DNA of 63,110 nt, filler included, from Lenisia limosa (taxonomy: Eukaryota > Protista > Breviatea): NCBI GenBank assembly GCA_001655205.1. It is 14 parts of 14 records of this genome, joined end to end, with 100 filler letters (N's around TTAATTAATTAA, not from the genome) between each part and the next. Parts side by side here need not be neighbours in the genome. Positions count along the whole stretch, not along the records: positions 55,447 to 60,845 come from LPNZ01011277.1; positions 60,946 to 63,110 come from LPNZ01001284.1; 12 more parts are not named here. One strand, given 5' to 3'. A program made the translations under genes and the position numbers. Below, in pieces: positions 58,801-63,110 of this stretch (the stretch's first letter is position 1; every line of letters starts with the position of its first letter). Under the pieces are notes generated by a model that worked only from the letters and a program-made list of their open reading frames with translations, was not told the DNA's origin and ran no database searches.

Positions 58801-59143
58801 ATTTATATAATAAGCCATGGCAGGGAATAATGGACGAGAGACAAACCAGATGCCAGCCATGGCAGGGAATAATGGACAAGGGACAAACCGGATGCCGGCC
58901 ATTTGGGTATATTTTTTATGAATATATTCTTTAATATCATTAAAAGGTTGCAGGGGCTCAAAAGGGAATTTTGGATATAGTGTTCACGTCATCAATGTAT
59001 ATCTTGTAATCAATGACGTGACTTTCCCCCTTTTTCATGTCCAATATACAATGTATGTTTGAATACTCCACCCTACCTTCGTTTGGCTTCTCGGACTCAG
59101 TCTGAAGGGCAGTCAGCTGATGCTTATCCTTTGGTGCTACCAT
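55866..59143 (-). CDS. Amino-acid transporter, Aa_trans (SLC38/AVT-like) family, 3' truncated
   Basis: MVAPKDKHQ start; SASFGAAVFNVVN/SIIGAGILSTP; TVLGLQLVLLAI; LLVRCSLMSGLPNY; GFGIVLPLCLLK/SVNALRFTSFIA. Most junctions are phase-consistent; the junction after STPLVFS is uncertain. Confidence 0.88.
57152..57249. repeat. 18-bp tandem repeat just upstream of an acceptor (minus strand)
   Basis: atggagtgtagtggggtc x~5.5. Confidence 0.9.
57308..57416 (-). repeat. 36-37 bp tandem repeat x3 covering an exon end and donor region
   Basis: gtatctactgccattc(c/t)cacaaaccaggagaacacgt; minus strand gtgttttcctg/gtttgt. Confidence 0.85.
57505..57605. mobile_element. hAT-type MITE, class A
   Basis: taggacttcacttcggttcgaaaa...ttcgaaccgatgtgaagccct. 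Confidence 0.88.
58814..58902. repeat. 42-bp intronic tandem duplication
   Basis: gccatggcagggaataatggac...gatgcc(a/g) x2. Confidence 0.85.
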
Positions 59144-59374
59144 TGTTAGGATCTACACAAGGAAAATAAATATGTGACTTCTTGAAGGCAGCAACTACAG
59201 TTCCCCTAACAAAAAAAAAAGTATTCCTCAAAATTTAAATACTTCGAAATATATCGAGGATTTATCGGGGCCTAACTCCTGATTCTCCTCTCCTTTCCCC
59301 CTCAACAAATAATAACAGAATAATAGACTTTAATTCACATACAGATACATATATTAATAGAAACATAAATCATA

Positions 59375-60630
59375 ATGTACCGAGGAAAGTTTCAACTCAT
59401 GATTTCCTTGATTCTAGTCTGGCAGATCGCATCATCAAGTGCAAACAACATCTTTCTGTGAGCGTTATTAAGTTATTAATGTGAAATCTTGGAAATGTGG
59501 ATTTTCTGTGGTGGTGGAGGAATGGTATTTTGGGTAACCCGAACTTTGTCTTATTTTTTAATTCTCATAACTTTAATGTTCAAGTAGGAAGGCTGTTTTG
59601 GGGAGGCAACACTTTTATCTGTTTTCTCTACGAAATAGCAAGGATGTAGACATGAGAAATAATTCAGGAAAGCCGTTGCACACCATCACTTATAGAGTTA
59701 TTGATAATAGTAAAATCAATTTATATGTCCAACATTCAAAGTGTTTCTAGATGTGTATTTGAAACAAGGTGCATCTTTCAACCCAATTCTAATTCCCTCA
59801 GAAAAGACAATGACATGCTCTCAATTCGAATAGTGGATCCAATTCAAAGTAATCACCCCGTTTCAAAGGTGAGCGGGGGTTGATTATCAAGTGGTTGAGG
59901 GTGTCGTATATAAGAAATATGAAAATAGTTTTGGGCTTTTTTTGCGAAAAGGTGAAAAAAATCCGTTCTCTTGCCCTTATAATGTGACAAAACGCTGACA
60001 TTAAGTTGCTGACAAATGGTTGGTTGAAGCACAACTTTCTACAATATTTTTTAAAGGTAAAACAAAAATACCCACAATCTGTTGGCCTAATATAATTGAA
60101 GGATTCAGGCAGTCCTCTGTTGGCCAAATATAATTGAAGGATTCAGGCAGTCCTCTGTTGGCCTAATATAATTGAAGGATTCAGGCAGTCCTCTGTTGGC
60201 CTAATATAATTGAAGGATTCATGCAGTCCTGTTGGCCTAATATAATTGAAGGATTCAGGCAGTCCTCTGTTGGCCTAATATAATTGAAGGATTCAGGCAG
60301 TCCTCTGTTGGCCTAATATAATTGAAGGATTCAGGCAGTCCAAAAAAGAAGTTTTTTTATCAGTGTGTACCCCTTACTTAAACTACGTTGTATATTGAGT
60401 CTGGGTAGAAATAAAAGAGAAATATATAAGTTTATTCGTGTCAGTATTATAGTATATCATATATGTATGTATGGCGTTGAGGAAAAAGACACTTTTGTTG
60501 TTTCATCACAGAAACAACCCTCTCTCTCTCTTGCCTTCAGAATTGCCCTCTCCCCATTTTCACCGCTTGTAGACTTATATGGACAAGGTGATGGATGAAA
60601 CTGCGACTTCTTTTGAGGAAATCTTTAATG
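59375..60630 (+). CDS. Hypothetical secreted protein, 5' exons only
   Basis: MYRGKFQLMISLILVWQIASSSANNIF signal exon; RKDNDMLSIRIVDPIQSNHPVSK; TYMDKVMDETATSFEEIFN. Confidence 0.55.
60079..60341 (+). repeat. 38-bp minisatellite x7, possibly spanning an acceptor
   Basis: ctgttggcctaatataattgaaggattcaggcagtcct. Confidence 0.92.
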
Positions 60631-60945
60631 GTGTGTGGGGGTTTTTTTTTGACCAAAAACACATCAATATCTATCAAACATTTCTTTATAGATTTTGTTG
60701 TTTGGGAATCGAAGGAAAGTTCCCTTCCTACCTTCTACCTTTCAAGAAACTCAAATATTTTCTAAATCAGTCTTTTTTTTGAGCCATCAAACGATAGTGG
60801 GTTTTGATATCAAACGATAGTAGTTTTTGAGACCATTGTCCATATNNNNNNNNNNNNNNNNNNNNNNNNNNNNNNNNNNNNNNNNNNNNTTAATTAATTA
60901 ANNNNNNNNNNNNNNNNNNNNNNNNNNNNNNNNNNNNNNNNNNNN

Positions 60946-63063
60946 ACTCGGCCTCAGACGACGACGACGACGACTCCTGAGCGGACCACTCCGGACCGGT
61001 ATCCGGCACGTCCGGAGTGGAGCACTGGCGGGGCTGGAGGGTAAGCATATCATGTGGAATACTGGGGAGTGGGGAGTAAAATGGAAAAGATATGAAACAA
61101 AAAAGCCCAAATCAACTCTAGTTAGCTGGCGCACCGGAGGAGGAGCTGAACCCCTTATTGAGCCCGTGAGACCCACCAAGGATTCGGACTGCACCCGTGA
61201 CGGGGTTGGCGCAATCACTGCCGCATGTGTCTCGTCATTATTCGGGGCATTAGTCGGGTCATTATTCGGGGCATTAGTCGGGTCATCTTCAGGATTATGC
61301 GGAGTTTCACTTGGTTGCTCGTTGTTTAGACCTAGCAAAAGCTCTGTTGATTGCTCAGTCGCTACTGGGGTGAGGTACTGTTTTTGAGGAATGAAACTGA
61401 AACGAAACGAAAGAACACAAAATAAGGGGGAATGTACAAGATATCAGACCGCTTTCAGACTTCTCAAAAGCTTGGGAAAACAAAAAAAAAACCCTCTCCC
61501 CATTCGCCACTCGACACCTACCGATGGGTTGTGGGGAAGAAGCCGGGGAATATTCGGAATCCTGGGGTAGTTCCGGACCAGGGGATGGGCTTTCTTCGGG
61601 CATGGAGCTGTCTTCTTCGGGCGAAGGGCTGTCTACTCATAGTGAGGGCGTAATAGGACATACCAGACCAAACAATTTGAAAAACTGATTGCATATCTGA
61701 CCATAGTAGATATTGATTATAGTAACTCCGAAGCTAATCAATTTGAAAAGCCGCCCACACGTTAAAAACCTGCAATACAAAACACTTTCGCAGTCTATAT
61801 CACAGCCAAGAAGGCATCCAGGCAAACCAGTGTTTGTCAATCGCTCCGCCTCCTTGTTTTCGGCGTTGATGCGAATATTCGCTAATACGTCTGCAATATC
61901 AATAAGTTTCGGTCTTTTGAGGGCAAAAAATACCCCCACCCTCCAACTGGTCATGGCATGTGAAGACTTCTCCGCAGTGGTCTTGAGAACCTTCAAGTGC
62001 GCAATAGCAAGGTCGATTGTACGAGCCACACCACTTGGAGACTGGAGGGGGTAAGAAAAATGGGTAGCAAAAGAGTGGGGTGGAGGAGAAAAATTGAGGG
62101 TGGTAATTGTCTAATAACAAAAGCCTACCGGGTGATAGAACTTGAAGCGCCCTGTTTCTTGCGAGCCAAAATCAAGGTAAACAAACTTCTCATTTACCTC
62201 AGAGCCCTTAAAACTCTCCAGCGGATACACCAGCGTGGTCTGAAGGTTGTTAGGCTTACAATATATACATATGATATATATACATAGAGATGAGAAATTG
62301 GAAAAGGCTGTAACTAGTCGAAGCCGTCCACACAATCACCCTGCCCACAAGCTGAACTTGTGGGTCGTGGATCTCTATTGAATTCAGCGAAATACGAAGT
62401 AGTCGGTCAAGATAGGAGCCCTCACATTCCTTTCCGCCAACCTGGGGGAGGGAGTTACGTTTTTGGTAGAATATGCTACTCCAACAACACCTCTCTCACA
62501 CACACTGTATTTAATACCTCCCACTTTGCCTGATATCTCCAGTACACGGTATTGGTGGAAATGCGCCACAACCGCCTGGTGCTGGACCTTGGCGATGGAG
62601 TCCACCCACACGTCCTGAATAGGTCAATACCCTGAATAAGACTGCATATACTTGTGAAAGCCTTCAATAAGAGAGCAATATTGTGTTATTGTGAAAAAGC
62701 TGAAAAATAGCAAATTGTGCGGGTGACAGGCTGAACACAGTAATCCAATCGAAAAAAAAAAAACAGTCTTGCTCTCTGGTTAAAATATCCCGACCCACCC
62801 TGCGCTGTACAGAGGATGCGGTGAAGTAGAACACTCGGCCGGTAGCCACACTGCAATGTCAGAAAATGTCCAAATAGGGAATATGTGCATATATCATATA
62901 CATACTACATGTATATATCATATGTAGAAATTAACAAGGTTGTCTGGCCAACGCTGTCCACTCAAATGCGGGGATAGACAATAGAGAGAAAGAAACAAAA
63001 AAATGTACCTGGCCGAAGCCGTCCCTACTCACGCTTAACAGGGACTGAGCAAAGTAACGTGCT
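60946..63063 (-). CDS. PH-domain protein with a Pro/Ser/acidic low-complexity region, fragment
   Basis: VATGRVFYFTASSVQRR/DVWVDSIAKV matches the PH C-terminal strand and Trp helix; further GT-AG exons continue to the contig end. Confidence 0.68.
61066..61127 (-). repeat. 3' module of the intronic element filling most of a ~100-nt intron
   Basis: Minus strand gtgcgc/cagctaactagagttgatttgggcttttttgtttcatatcttttccattttactccccactcccc. Confidence 0.85.
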
Positions 63064-63110
63064 GACTCATATTATTCCATGTCAACACCCCCCACACACA
63101 CATCATATAG

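Overview
Intron-dense eukaryotic (probably protist) draft-genome DNA, not prokaryotic. It is 14 contigs joined by 13 artificial 100-bp spacers (N44-TTAATTAATTAA-N44), so adjacency across spacers is not biological. I rebuilt GT-AG exon chains by hand. They support an S10 serine carboxypeptidase, a RhoGAP, UPF1 (two halves on two contigs), an AXDND1/p28-like coiled-coil protein, an Arg/Asp/Glu-rich protein and a secreted CapA/PgsA-family metallophosphoesterase. They also support an ankyrin protein, an SLC6/NSS transporter, a secreted 6-Cys-module protein, UTP20, an Aa_trans amino-acid transporter, a PH-domain protein and several unknowns. Repeats include hAT-type MITEs (8-bp TSD), Tc1/mariner-type MITEs (TA TSD) and a decayed LINE endonuclease. 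The most unusual signal is intron architecture: (1) a ~150-bp intronic repeat found on the host gene's sense strand wherever the strand can be assigned, ending in a C-run that can form the 3' splice site; (2) G-runs just after donors and C-runs just before acceptors; (3) repeated 30-38 bp tandem amplifications of splice-site regions. All family assignments come from remembered motifs; no database search was run.
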